Below are positions 16,769 through 17,061 of a stretch of 17,061 bases of DNA, in pieces. A program made the translations under genes and the position numbers. Position 1 is the stretch's first letter; each line of letters starts with the position of its first letter. Location: assembly GCA_020351835.1 (NCBI GenBank), contig CP070669.1, forward strand, positions 2,107,918 through 2,124,978, given 5' to 3'. Source of the stretch: Nitrospirota bacterium (GTDB lineage Bacteria > Nitrospirota > Thermodesulfovibrionia > Thermodesulfovibrionales > BMS3Bbin05). The notes below the pieces were generated by a model that was not told the DNA's origin, did not search any database, and saw nothing but the letters and a program-made list of their open reading frames with translations.

Positions 16769-17061
16769 TGACAAACACAAAATTACTATATAGACTTCTG
16801 CTTTTGGTCCCGGTCGTTATGTTCACGATATCCGTTACCGGCAATGTATCGGCTGCAGACAAGAAAGATTGTCTTGAATGCCATGGAGCCATGACCAAGG
16901 CGACAATAGTGCACAAAGCTATCGATAAAGGGTGCAACTCCTGTCACGGCAACTCACACGCAGGCGGATCGCCGCAGCTTGCACTTAAAGGTGACCAGCC
17001 CAGGCTCTGTTATGACTGTCATAGATCCGGTCAGTTCAGAAAGAAGCACCAGCATGTGCCA
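16765..17061 (+). CDS. Multiheme c-type cytochrome (N-terminal 99 codons; continues beyond right edge)
   Basis: Not in the ORF track because it runs off the edge. The ATG at 16765 overlaps the TPR stop (ATGATGA). Translation: MMTNTKLLYRLLLLVPVVMFTISVTGNVSAADKKDCLECHGAMTKATIVHKAIDKGCNSCHGNSHAGGSPQLALKGDQPRLCYDCHRSGQFRKKHQHVP. This gives a signal peptide plus three CxxCH heme-binding motifs (CLECH, CNSCH, CYDCH) within ~50 residues, with spare His for bis-His ligation. Confidence 0.85.
   Translation, partial: MMTNTKLLYRLLLLVPVVMFTISVTGNVSAADKKDCLECHGAMTKATIVHKAIDKGCNSCHGNSHAGGSPQLALKGDQPRLCYDCHRSGQFRKKHQHVP

Noticed and set aside
1-17061. Search for CRISPR arrays, tRNA/rRNA genes, IS elements, integrases or long inverted/direct repeats
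   Set aside because: None were recognised by eye. The only notable DNA repeats are the in-frame RCC1 blade repeat and the short leader repeats listed above. A computational scan (tRNAscan-SE, Infernal, ISfinder search) would be needed to exclude small RNAs.

Overview
The window appears to come from an uncharacterised bacterium and has three parts. (1) 1-7558, minus strand: a pyrimidine biosynthesis operon, pyrR-pyrB-pyrC-carA-[unknown membrane ORF]-carB. The first four genes overlap by 4 nt; carB runs off the left edge. It is preceded by a sigma70-type promoter and a PyrR-style leader with a binding-loop-like hairpin and an intrinsic terminator. (2) 7559-11810: mixed housekeeping and accessory genes. 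These are nadA abutting a DUF4124-flanked lytic transglycosylase, a TusA-like sulfur carrier, a small secreted protein, and a secreted DUF1566 + RCC1-repeat beta-propeller protein. (3) 11933-17061, plus strand: the most interesting part, a six-gene, translationally coupled operon. It encodes a membrane-anchored protein with a FliF/YscJ-like periplasmic ring-building motif fused to FliG-like middle and C-terminal (torque-helix) domains. It also encodes a 4-TM MotA/PomA-type stator A subunit, two MotB/OmpA-like B subunits (the second lacks the universally conserved channel Asp), a secreted TPR protein, and a multiheme c-type cytochrome (partial). No flagellar export, rod, hook, switch (FliM/N) or filament genes are visible. 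I read this as a candidate stand-alone minimal rotor-stator (5:2-motor-type) module of unknown output. No rRNA, tRNA, CRISPR or mobile elements were recognised. All homology calls come from reading the translated sequences against remembered family motifs; no searches were run.
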